A DNA stretch of 62,904 nucleotides, counting the filler, from Octopus bimaculoides (Eukaryota), in NCBI RefSeq assembly GCF_001194135.2. It is 7 parts of 7 records of this genome, joined end to end, with 100 filler letters (N's around TTAATTAATTAA, not from the genome) between each part and the next. Parts side by side here need not be neighbours in the genome. Positions count along the whole stretch, not along the records: positions 7,101 to 19,587 come from NC_068987.1; positions 19,688 to 25,298 come from NC_068988.1; 5 more parts are not named here. The stretch is one strand, 5' to 3'. The notes under the pieces are model-generated. The model was not told where the DNA came from and did not search any database. It saw nothing but the letters and a program-made list of their open reading frames with translations. Below are positions 11,963-23,362 of the stretch, one piece after another. The number at the start of each line of letters is the position of its first letter. Within the stretch, counting starts at the first letter, position 1. The position numbers were made by a program, and so were the translations under genes.

Positions 11963-12531
11963 AGCCGCAGGAAATCATGTTTTTCAGCTGGCTTCCGACA
12001 TATGGTCTGGGTGAGTGTACCATGAGCAAGGGAGTTTATTACCCCATTTCTAGCCTTAGCGATACATGTAAACCAATGGTTTATGGGATATTTCTCTTCC
12101 TCGGTAGAGGACAATCACAAGCTAGAGATGGCAATCTCTCACCCTTGCTCATAGTATATATTTTTAAGCGACACACAGTCGCTGATCTCGTAAAGAGAAA
12201 ACAACTAGATTTAAATCTCAGCGAGGAATATGTAGTAACAGTACTGAACAGTAAAGTTTATTTGCCAAGCCATAGATCAGATTTAAAACTAATTGTTTTT
12301 CTCTTTACGGGATCAGCGACTATGTTTCATTTTAAAAGTATATAGTATGAGCAAGGTCGAATAGCTGCCATCTCTAGCCGGTGATTGTCCTGTACCGAGG
12401 AAGAGAAATAACCCACAAACCATTGGTCTACAGATATCTCTAAGGTGAGAAGGGAGCAATAAACTCCCTTGCTCATGGTATACGAATACAGACCATATGT
12501 AGTCAACCGGAAAAGATGTTTTCCTGGGGCT
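11963..12531. repeat. Long foldback inverted repeat (~255-bp arms, ~60-nt spacer)
   Basis: 11963-12218 aligns to the reverse complement of 12279-12531 at roughly 80% identity by eye. Confidence 0.9.
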
Positions 12532-12566
12532 AAACAGTAGTAACATCGTCCTCATACATACATGCA

Positions 12567-12681
<115 letters not shown>

Positions 12682-12790
12682 ATGTAGTGAGTTTAAAAAA
12701 GAAAAACGACAAAAAACAACAAAAAACAACAACGCGAGGACGTGATACAGATATTGTGTTACTGGACGCTCAGGAAAGGAAAGAAAGAGA

Positions 12791-12825
12791 ATTTGACGTT
12801 TCGAGCGGAGCTCTTCGTCGGAAAT
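12791..12825 (-). ncRNA. Penelope-type minimal type I hammerhead ribozyme motif, U4C variant (probably inactive)
   Basis: Minus strand reads AUUU-CCGACGA-A-GAGC-UCC-GCUC-GAAA-CGUC-AAAU: helix I AUUU/AAAU, helix II GAGC/GCUC, palindromic ACGU helix III and GUC cleavage triplet. Confidence 0.5.
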
Positions 12826-13629
12826 ATAGGAAAGTCCAAAGAAATGAAGACGGAAGAAGAAAAAAATCGCCAACGATATACACGAGGTGATGTTCATTAT
12901 ACACACACACACACATACACACACATACACACATATATATACATACATGTGGGTATACACATACGCACGCACACACAAACACACACATACACACACACGC
13001 ACTCCAATATGTATTATATATGTATGTGTATATGTATGCGTATATGTGTATTAGTCAATTGCGAGAGAAGTAATCAATTTTACCCCAAAAGGCAGTGCTA
13101 CAGCATGGTCACAATGGAATATTTGCGACGATTTTCTACGTGAATGCATTCCGCATGTACGTATATATATATATATATNNNNNNNNNNNNNNNNNNNNNN
13201 NNNNNNNNNNNNNNNNNNNNNNNNNNNNNNNNNNNNNNNNNNNNNNNNNNNNNNNNNNNNNNNNNNNNNNNNNNNNNNNNNNNNNNNNNNNNNNNNNNNN
13301 NNNNNNNNNNNNNNNNNNNNNNNNNNNNNNNNNNNNNNNNNNNNNNNNNNNNNNNNNNNNNNNNNNNNNNNNNNNNNNNNNNNNNNNNNNNNNNNNNNNN
13401 NNNNNNNNNNNNNNNNNNNNNNNNNNNNNNNNNNNNNNNNNNNNNNNNNNNNNNNNNNNNNNNNNNNNNNNNNNNNNNNNNNNNNNNNNNNNNNNNNNNN
13501 NNNNNNNNNNNNNNNNNNNNNNNNNNNNNNNNNNNNNNNNNNNNNNNNNNNNNNNNNNNNNNNNNNNNNNNNNNNNNNNNNNNNNNNNNNNNNNNNNNNN
13601 NNNNNNNNNNNNNNNNNNNNNNNNNNNNN

Positions 13630-13703
<74 letters not shown>

Positions 13704-14513
13704 TGATTTTAAGTGCTTACAGTATGCGTACGCTCGACTTCAGACGGGCGTATAGCATCACTTATGAAGTATATACTTATGAAGTATATACTTATGTATA
13801 TACGCACGTTAGGCGTGTAGAGATGTACACACAGTGCGTTCATAATTTGTTTATGCTTAGTGGTTCCACTCATTGGACTGTGGCCATACTGGGGCACTTT
13901 GTAATATAACAATGAATTATTTCATTCGCTGTATTTAACATTGGTGTTGCGTTTGTTTTTGTGGATGAAACGGTGTTGAGGATTAGACACAAACATACAC
14001 GCACACACACACGCAAGTACATATACATACATATATACACTGGAATAATAGTGCTAATTGTTCTCTTTCAATATACCCATTTCTTTATTTGTCTGTTACT
14101 TGCCCTTTGTCTGAGAGGAATTCACTGTGTTCAGACGACGTGAGGAATGGGTTGCTCCGTGTCCAATCTAAAAGTGCCCAATACAACGCCAGAATCAATG
14201 AAGGCACTACTGCGACTCTTTTGTGTCGACGCCCCCAGGCGAAGAAGTAGAATCTCCCAAGACATATAAATAGAGGTAGTCTGGCCGTGGTAGGTGTGTT
14301 GAGTAGCGGTCGAGTAGCAGTTGTGTAGCGGTTGAGTAGAGATCATCCGAAGGTGCTAGATAGCAGTAGCTCGAGACATAACAGACTACATCAAGGAGTT
14401 AAGGGAAAGGAAAATATATACGTGTTCAAATAATATACATGCACACACATTCGTAATTGTATGCGTGCGCGCGTGTGTGCACACAGACAGACACACACAT
14501 ACACACACATAAA

Positions 14514-14745
14514 GGCGGTGAGCTGGCAGAAACGTTAGCACACCAGGCGGAATGCTTACCGGTATTTCGTCTGCCGCTACGTTCTGAGTTCAAATTCCGC
14601 CGAGGTCGACTTTGCCTTTCATCCTTTCGGGGTCGATAAATTAAGTACCAGTTACGCACTGGGGTCGATATAATCGACTTAATCCGTTTGTCTGTCCTTG
14701 TTTGTCCCATCTATGTTTAGCCCCTTGTGGGTAGTAAAGAAATAA
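14514..14745 (+). mobile_element. Family-A tRNA-derived SINE, full length and apparently young
   Basis: ggcggtgagctggcagaaacgttagc, B-box gagttcaaattcc, body gaggtcgactttgcctttcatcctttcggggtcgataaattaagtaccag; near-identical to 29835-30058. Confidence 0.9.
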
Positions 14746-15329
14746 CACACATACACACACACAGAAATACACACACTCACGCACATAAAAACTTATACAC
14801 ACGCACACATGCGTACACACTCCAAGATGTATTATATATGTATGTGTGTGTGCACTCAACTAGGTGTCAAGTAACCGATTTTACCAAAAATGGCCAAAAG
14901 TGTAATATTGGCGACGACTTTCTACGCGAATGCATTCTATATATACGTATATAGATACGTATACACAGGCTTGTATAGTTCGCTATTTTTAAGCGTTTGT
15001 ACGAAGTTCGAGTGTACATGCACTATGTTAAACACCTGTGAACATATGTCGGTGGGCGTTTCTCTGTGTGTGTGTGTGTGTGTGTGCGTGTGTGTATGTA
15101 CATCAATATGTATAGATACTTATATATGCGTATGTGTATAAATTATATACACATACATGTATCATATTCACATCTATATGTTTATACGCATATATATATA
15201 TATACATGCATATATGAGTGAGTGTGTGTGTACGTATGTGTGTGTGTGTGTGTGTGTGCATGAATTTGCAAACACGTATATGCGTGTGTACATATTTGTG
15301 TTAACACAAACACCCCGAAAACACACACA

Positions 15330-15373
<44 letters not shown>

Positions 15374-15470
15374 TGCACATTGTTATATATGCGCATATAT
15401 ACACGCATATTTAATAATACATATCTATAATTGTGTATGAATGAGTGTTCTTGAATGTGCGTCTGTGTGT

Positions 15471-15519
<49 letters not shown>

Positions 15520-15868
15520 CGTGCGTGTTTTTAAGTGTTTACAATATGCCTACTTTGACATAAACACGCTCGACTTTAGATAATCCTATGGCATCACTTA
15601 TGAAGCATATACGTATGTATATACGCACGTTAGGCGTGTAGAAATGTACACACAGTGCGTTCATATTTTGTTTATGTTTAGTGGTTCCACTCATTGGACT
15701 GTGGCCATGCTGGTGCACTTTGTAATATAACAATAGATTCTATCATTCGCTGCACTTAACATTGGTGTTGCGTTTGTTTTTGTTTAACCCTCGGCTACTC
15801 CAACTGAGCAGATCAATGATCTACGGCGTTCGAGCCAAAGCCTTTCCGTTTTGCTTTGTGAATTTTTA

Positions 15869-15924
<56 letters not shown>

Positions 15925-16375
15925 NNNNNNNNNNNNNNNNNNNNNNNNNNNNNNNNNNNNNNNNNNNNNNNNNNNNNNNNNNNNNNNNNNNNNNNNNNNN
16001 NNNNNNNNNNNNNNNNNNNNNNNNNNNNNNNNNNNNNNNNNNNNNNNNNNNNNNNNNNNNNNNNNNNNNNNNNNNNNNNNNNNNNNNNNNNNNNNNNNNN
16101 NNNNNNNNNNNNNNNNNNNNNNNNNNNNNNNNNNNNNNNNNNNNNNNNNNNNNNNNNNNNNNNNNNNNNNNNNNNNNNNNNNNNNNNNNNNNNNNNNNNN
16201 NNNNNNNNNNNNNNNNNNNNNNNNNNNNNNNNNNNNNNNNNNNNNNNNNNNNNNNNNNNNNNNNNNNNNNNNNNNNNNNNNNNNNNNNNNNNNNNNNNNN
16301 NNNNNNNNNNNNNNNNNNNNNNNNNNNNNNNNNNNNNNNNNNNNNNNNNNNNNNNNNNNNNNNNNNNNNNNNNNT

Positions 16376-16503
16376 CCGCGTTCTTTTACCGGTCTTAGAA
16401 AAATTGAAACACTAACGCAATAAGTTCGTGAATCTGAGAGGGGAATATGTTCAATAAAATAATTACTAAATGATCCTCCTGTATTTTCTATTACCCAAAG
16501 CCA
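16376..16503. mobile_element. Mariner MITE 3' portion lacking its terminal TIR
   Basis: Matches the interior of 1297-1501 and 19833-20049 up to acccaaagcca, then switches to transposase sequence. Confidence 0.75.
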
Positions 16504-16506
16504 AGA

Positions 16507-16703
16507 ATATGGTGTAGCTGGGAAGACATAATTCATTATGAACTGCTTGAGTGCAACGAAACACTTAATGTAGTGCCTTATGTTCAACAACTGCACCAAC
16601 TCAACAAAGCGATTCAGCAAAAAAAGGCCGAATAGGCGAAATAGCGTGCAACCACGACAACGCTCATCCTCACTTCGCCAATGTAACCAAAGCTGCGATT
16701 CAA
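16507..16703 (+). pseudogene. Mariner transposase fragment, plus-strand arm of an inverted duplication
   Basis: Translates WCSWEDIIHYELLECNETLNVVPYVQQLHQLNKAIQ...HDNAHPH; frameshifted. Confidence 0.85.
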
Positions 16704-17100
16704 AGCGTTCGTAAACGGTCGAAAGAGATGAAAATCTGACGGTACCAAGTCTGGAGAGTATGAAGGATGATGCACCACTTGCCATTCGGGTTCTTGAATC
16801 GCAGCTTTGGTCACATTGCCCAAGTGAGGACGAGCGTTGTCGTGTTGCAGAAGAACGCTATTTCGCCTATTCGGTCTTTTTGGCTGAATCGCTTTGTTGA
16901 GTTGGTGCAGTTGTTGAACATAGGGCACTACATTGAGTGTTTGGTTGCACTCAAGCAGTTCGCAATGAATTATATCTTCCCAGTCCCACCATATACACAA
17001 CATGGTCTTTCGCGGATGAAAGTCTTGTTTTGCTTGCAGAGTTGCTTCTTTGTTTGGAGCTGAGCCATTCTTTCCATTGCTTCATATTGACGTAAAGGCA
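16704..17100 (-). pseudogene. Mariner (DD34D) transposase catalytic-domain fragment
   Basis: MLCIWWDWEDIIHCELL...LLQHDNARPH...HPSYSPDLVPSDFHLF contains the hallmark HDNARPH and YSPDL motifs. Confidence 0.9.
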
Positions 17101-17599
17101 TCATGTACATACATATATATGCTTGCGTGCATACACACACACATATTTATTATGTATGTATGTGAATTTGTATATGATTTCAGCATGATGCATAACTGTG
17201 ACTGAAGTAATCGATATTACCAAAAAAGGCAGTGCTACAGCATGGCCAAAGTGGAATATTTGCGAAGATTTTCTACGTGAATGCACGCTATAAATACGTA
17301 CATGAATACGTAAATACATGCGTATATATTTTACTTGTGTTATGCGATTGTGCAAAGTCGAGTGTGTTCACTTAAGTACTTTCGCTATGTAAACACTTGT
17401 AAACAAACATATACATACATTCATATATGCTTGTGTGTGTGTATGTGTGTGTGTGCGTGTGTGTGTTTGTATAGATATACATATATACATATATATATAT
17501 GCGAATGTGTACATATATGTGTGTATATACATCCGTACATGTATATTTTAGATGTATGTATATGCATATATATATAGATGTTTTCGATCAAGTTTGGAT

Positions 17600-17757
17600 T
17601 CTTTGCCATCAAATTGAAATTCTTTACCATCCTCCGTGGTGTTCTTTTGCATTTATAATAAAATAAATATATACAAATTTATTTCTACTTCGCGGATTTT
17701 CACATATTGCGAGGGGTTTTGGAACGTGACACCCGCGATCGTCGAGGGATTACTGTA
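17600..17757 (-). mobile_element. Pogo/Tigger-like DNA transposon terminus
   Basis: Minus strand TA|CAGTAATCCCTCGACGATCGCGGG...AAAATCCGCGAAG is a Tigger-type TIR with a TA target. Confidence 0.6.
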
Positions 17758-17839
17758 TATACGTTTGTCTAAACGCACGTTAGGCGTGTAGAAATGTACA
17801 CACAGTGAATTCATATTTTGTATATGTTTAGTGGTTTCA

Positions 17840-18181
17840 GTAAAGGTGCATGGCTCAGTGGTTAGAGCGTCGAGCTAACGATCGTGAAGTTGTGAGTTCG
17901 ATTCCCGGACCGGTCTGCGTGTTGTGTTCTTGAGCAAGACACTTTATTTCACGTTGCTCCAATTAACTCAGCTACAGAAATGAGTTGCGACATCACTGGT
18001 GCCAAGCTGTATCGGCCCCTTTGCCTTTCCCTTGGATAATATCAGTGGCGTGGAGAGGGGAGGCTGGTATGCATGGGCGACTGCTGGCCTTCCATACACA
18101 ACCTTGCCCGGACCTGTGCTTCGGAGGGTAACTTTCTAGGTGCAATCCCATGGTCATTCATGACCGAAGGGGGTCTCCTCC
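17840..18181 (+). mobile_element. Family-C tRNA-derived SINE with a 12-bp target-site duplication
   Basis: A-box TGGCTCAGTGG, B-box GTTCGATTCC; TSD ttagtggtttca at 17828-17839 and 18182-18193. Confidence 0.9.
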
Positions 18182-18394
18182 TTAGTGGTTTCATTCACTG
18201 GACTGTGGCAATGCTGGGGCACTTGCTCCTATAATATACTGAATTTTCCATCCGCTGTACTTAACGCTGGTGTTGCTTTTGTGTTTGTATAGCCCATGGT
18301 TGGCTCCAACTGAGCAGATCATTGATGAACAACGCTCCAGTTATAGCCTTTCCGTTTTGTTTCGTGTATGCTATTAGTGGATCTTTTATCCCTT

Positions 18395-18750
18395 ATGTTT
18401 TACTTGTTTCACTCATTAGACTGCAGCCATACTGGACCACCAGCATTCCAGCAAGTTGACTCTAGTGTTTATTTCTTTAAACTCTGTTAATTGACTCATT
18501 GGTGCTTTTGCCGAACCGCTAAATTAAGTGGGCAGAAACAAATCAACACCATCTGTGAAACGATAGTGGTGGCGGGGTGTCAGCCACACACACACACACA
18601 CACACGCACGCACACACACACACAGGGATGCGGCAGTCTTCTTTCAGTTTCCCTGTACTAAATCCATTCACAAGACTTTAGTCGTTCTAGAACTATAATA
18701 GAAGATACTTGCCCCAAGGTGCCACGCAATGGGACGGAACCTGAAACCTG
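18395..18750 (-). mobile_element. Degenerate family-B SINE
   Basis: ttttacttgtttcactcatt...gccgaaccgctaa...tctttcagtttccc...cttgccccaaggtgccacgcaatgggac. Confidence 0.75.
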
Positions 18751-18770
18751 AAGACCGTAAGATGTGATTT

Positions 18771-19192
18771 GAGGGCTGTGCTGCAATAACCATTAAGCAA
18801 AATATGCACGTTCTTAGAGCATCAAGGAAGGTGCGGATACCACAGAAATGGTAAATGGTTTACTGCACAAATGATATCACTTTAAACTTGTTAAAATAAT
18901 ATTCGACGTGGTTTACATAATCAGAAATATAATTTCAATGTGTTCAGTGTATCATAATGAGAATCTAATCAAGGACTTAGCAATTAAAAATGTAGGAGCA
19001 AGGTTTTCGAATATAAATAAAATGGAAGTATACAAAAAAAGACTTTATTTTCCATCATGTTGTTAGTTTTGTTTGATTTTGGAAGATCAAATATTTGCTT
19101 TATGGTTTGTTACTGTCTATATTTTGAATTATATATGCGAGCGCCGATATTTTTTAAGTGCTTAGGGCTCCTATGAGTCCAAATCCGGCCCT
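18771..19192. mobile_element. Putative hAT-like MITE
   Basis: Ends in aatccggccct (CAGGGCCGGATT-type TIR) with a degenerate left end; second copy at 20640-21150. Confidence 0.45.
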
Positions 19193-19687
19193 TTTTGAGG
19201 GGACTTAGCTGTTATTTCTAGCTGATAAAATGCCCACCGTGAGGTTTCCTTGTTGGCTTGTACCAGTACTTTTATATGTCTTATTAACGAGAAAAGGTGA
19301 AAGGCAAAATAGATGAAGGTAGCTTTTGAGACCTTACAATAATGAACAAACATTTGTGCATATACATACTCACACATAGAGACACACACGCGTTTTTTCT
19401 CTCTTTACGTTTATTTTCGTTTTTTAAAAATTGTTTGCTCATTGACTTGATTAATGCTAATCCCTGTATATTTATGATGATAAATGGTTTTACCGATAAA
19501 GGTTTTTTCATACTGAACTACTTGGCAAAATTGTTAATTATTAATTCTATTATTAATTGACGATTCCCTGCCCTTATTCTTGTATATNNNNNNNNNNNNN
19601 NNNNNNNNNNNNNNNNNNNNNNNNNNNNNNNTTAATTAATTAANNNNNNNNNNNNNNNNNNNNNNNNNNNNNNNNNNNNNNNNNNNN

Positions 19688-19790
19688 GCTTACAAAGAAT
19701 AAGTCCTGGGATTGATTTGCTCGACTAAAGGCGGTGCTCCAGCATGGCCGCAGTCAAATGACCGAAACAAATAAAAGAGAGAGTAAAAGA
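19688..19790 (+). mobile_element. Family-B SINE tail
   Basis: gcttacaaagaataagtcctgggattgatttgctcgactaaaggcggtgctccagcatggccgc. Confidence 0.85.
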
Positions 19791-19791
19791 G

Positions 19792-19832
<41 letters not shown>

Positions 19833-20049
19833 AAGGGGTATTGAAAACTACCTGACTTTTAGGGTACCGTTAAAGACCAGGTAGGATGCCCAACTTTCCG
19901 AGTTCTCTTACAGGGCTTACAAAAACTGAAGGAGTCCTGCAATAAGTGTGTGAATCTGAGAGGGGAATTACGTTGAATAAAATCATAATTAACTGATCCT
20001 CCTGTATTTTCTTTTACCCAAAGCCAGGAAACTTCTCTGCACACCCTCT
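19833..20049. mobile_element. Mariner-derived MITE flanked by TA
   Basis: TA at 19831-32 and 20050-51; imperfect TIRs; homologous to 1297-1501. Confidence 0.75.
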
Positions 20050-20434
20050 TATGCCCTAACGCATGGCCTAGTCTTCAGCAACCCTCTCGGATAAATAACG
20101 CCCCTACTATAAATAGAATTAAATTCGCAAAAACTACATTAGTCGTTAAAGTTTGTTTTTAATTACTACGCTATCATATTTCGTCTGTTACTGCCCAGCA
20201 ATTGACATTTCAAATTTAACTTTTTCATCACGGTCGTCACAATCCCTATATTCAAATAACTTCAGATACCCCACCGATTCAACAGAAAACCTTCACATAC
20301 ACTCGCATTGACACATACAAACATGCTACCCTTTAACAAGCCACCTCTATAACCCTAGGCATTGTATTCTCCTGAGTTCATTTCATCATCTACTATGACC
20401 ACCTACATTTTTTTATATTTTAAAATTTCACATA

Positions 20435-20600
20435 GGCGCGTGCGTTGCTGTGAGGTAAGATGCTTGCTTCCTGAGCACACAGTTTCAGGTTCTGTCCCAC
20501 TGCATGGCACCTTGGGGGCAATGTTTTTTATGATGGCCTCAAACCGTCCATAGTCTTGTTAGTGGATTTGATAGACGGAAACTTAAAGAAGTCAGTCGTG
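20435..20600 (+). mobile_element. Family-B SINE 5' half
   Basis: ggcgcgtgcgttgctgtgaggtaagatgcttgc...tagacggaaacttaaagaag. Confidence 0.8.
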
Positions 20601-20639
20601 TATGTATGTGCATGTGTGTGACTACCCAGTCCACTGATA

Positions 20640-21150
20640 CCAGTAATGGTAAATGGTTTACGGCACGAAACAAAATCACTTTAAACTTACTAAAATAATA
20701 TTCGGAGTGGTTTATATGATCGGAAATATAATTTTGAAGTGTTCTTGGTGTCATAGTAGTGATCTCATCAAAGACTTTGTAATTAAAAAAAAATAATAAA
20801 ACAGGAGAAAACTTTCAAACTATAAATAAAATGGAAATATATAAAAATATACATTATATCAGGAGGCTGTCTGAATGATGTAAACGCCACTGATGAGAAC
20901 CCAATAAGGTTCAAAATCGATTAAGGTTGTTCATCATTTTTTTCATGGTAGTGCTCCAGCATGAACACAGTCACTTGGCTGAAACGCATAAATAAATAAA
21001 TAAATATTCAATCTTATTGGTAGTTTTTTTTTTAATTCTGAAAAATGGATTTTATTTTATGGGTCATTATTGTTTATATTTTGAATTGGACATATATGGG
21101 GGCACCAAAATCCATAAGTGCTTAGGGCCGCTATGGGCATTCATCCGGAG
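20640..21150. mobile_element. Second copy of the putative hAT-like MITE, with a ~150-bp insertion
   Basis: Aligns to 18845-19190 except for ~20860-21005. Confidence 0.5.
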
Positions 21151-21319
21151 CTGGGCAATGAGAGACACGTAGCTTCCAACACATATTTCACTCTGTTACC
21201 CATTTTATCGATGTTTGTAGTCGAACAGCTAATTTCTATGGCTGTGATTCAGTGAAAAGATAAATACACACCGGCTGTACTCGCGCGGTCTCTATCCCAC
21301 CTCTCTCTAACTTTCAAAT

Positions 21320-21383
<64 letters not shown>

Positions 21384-21574
21384 TTATGCGACTAGAATTC
21401 TTTAGTGTTTCTCAGCTAAATTCCACTCAAAAAGTATTGGTCGAAGCGTGGCCACAATAGCAGAAAACTACTTTGAAAGATGCAAGCGGTATCGCAACGG
21501 GGTCGAAACGGGATGTTCATGGCTGCAAAACGGATGTCTTGCCTACGCAGCTATAGTCACCGCACCTACATACA

Positions 21575-21608
<34 letters not shown>

Positions 21609-21761
21609 CATACACACATATGCATACATACAATTCAAATAGTTAAAAACAAAGACACACGTATATATATATATGTACAATTGTACACACGCACACACAC
21701 ATAAACATATATATTGTACATACATACGTGCATACATATATATATATACACACACACTACA

Positions 21762-21797
<36 letters not shown>

Positions 21798-21894
21798 CAT
21801 ATAAGTGTATATATGTGCAGAGATACATATCTGTGTGATGGAATCTATATATCTATCGATCTATCTATATCTATATATGTGTGCATGTGTGTGT

Positions 21895-21944
<50 letters not shown>

Positions 21945-22466
21945 ATTTATATTTATACATACTTACTACATATATAGAGGAGAAACAGATAAACAACAAT
22001 AATCGAAGATAAGACAAAACAAAGAAGCAGAGAATATAAAATGAAAGAAAAAAAAAATAAGCAAAAAAAGAAACAAAACAAAAACCAAAAAAATTAATAA
22101 TCTTAATAACAAAGAGAAAATTTCGCAGACATTTTCTATATAACATACAAGGACATCAATATCAACTGGAACAACTATCAATAAAAGTACTAAGTATACA
22201 TCGACGAGTGTGTGAGTAACGGAGTGTTGTTTACAAGAATCAAAGTGCTTGTGTGGTAAACAACAAGTATGGAGAGAGAGGGGGAGAGAGAGAGAGGGGA
22301 GGAGGAAGGGGAGGAGGAGGAGGAGGAAGAGAGAGGGAGCGGGGTGAAAGAGAGAACTGACAAAGCAAACAAACATTTGTAGCAATTTACCATTCCAACA
22401 AAGAAAACCATTTATAGTTTGCCGAAGGATAGTTAATTTCTATCTACTCACTTCTAAATGAAACAT

Positions 22467-22531
<65 letters not shown>

Positions 22532-22877
22532 TACACACACACAGAGTGGCAGGAGTGCGTGTGTATGTATGTATGTATGTATGTATGTATGTGTGTGTGT
22601 GTCATGATTTTATTTTGCATGTGTGAATGTTGTGTTGTGTCGTTTGGTGCGTGTGTGTTTGTAATTCGTGTTGCGTTGTGCCGTCTGTTGCTCTTACGTT
22701 ATACGAAACTAAGCACACAAGTATGTGTGTGTGTGTGTTTCGTATTGTATGAACGTGTATACATGCATTCAGATTGGTGTAGAAGTTTTGTTATGTTCGT
22801 GTCCATGCATATACATACATTCACACATACATACAAACATGCATACACTCATATATATATATATGTATGTATATGCT

Positions 22878-23362
22878 TCCGGTGCGAATGGTTTTGTTAT
22901 ACAGCGCCGAGTTTTACAATCCTGTAAATAATGGTATTTATATTAGCTTATAGCGATGACTGGGCAATGACTAAGAAAAATATTCTAATAATGGGGCATA
23001 TAAGCCCTCGATAGAAAAAAAATAGGCTCGAACCCACATCCCTTTGTTAACGCGATTAAGTGCGTTACCAAATACACAGGGAATTAACACCCGTTTCTGT
23101 CAACTTTAGGAATTATATTAGTTCATACTTGTTCTTTTGTAAAAAAAAATTCTATGTGCTTTCGGTGAGAACGGTTTTGTTATACGGTGTCGAGTTTTAC
23201 AATCCTGTAAATAATAATAATAATGGTATTTATAGCGATTACCGTGCAATGACTAAAGAAAATAATGGGTCACATAAGCTCTCGACAGAAAAAAAGTGGG
23301 CTTTCCCATCCACGTGGGATACGAACCCATATCCCTTTGTTAATGCGACTAAGTGTGTTACC
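22878..23362. repeat. Two diverged ~200-bp direct repeats (22878-23070, 23161-23362) with a tRNA-like B-box on the minus strand
   Basis: Shared ggttttgttatac..cgagttttacaatcctgtaaataat and cgaaccca.atccctttgttaa; minus strand GGGTTCG. Confidence 0.85.

Noticed and set aside
14070-14400. LTR-like segment with a TATAAATA box at about 14265
   Set aside because: No clear TG...CA ends, TSD, polyA signal or second copy in the window.
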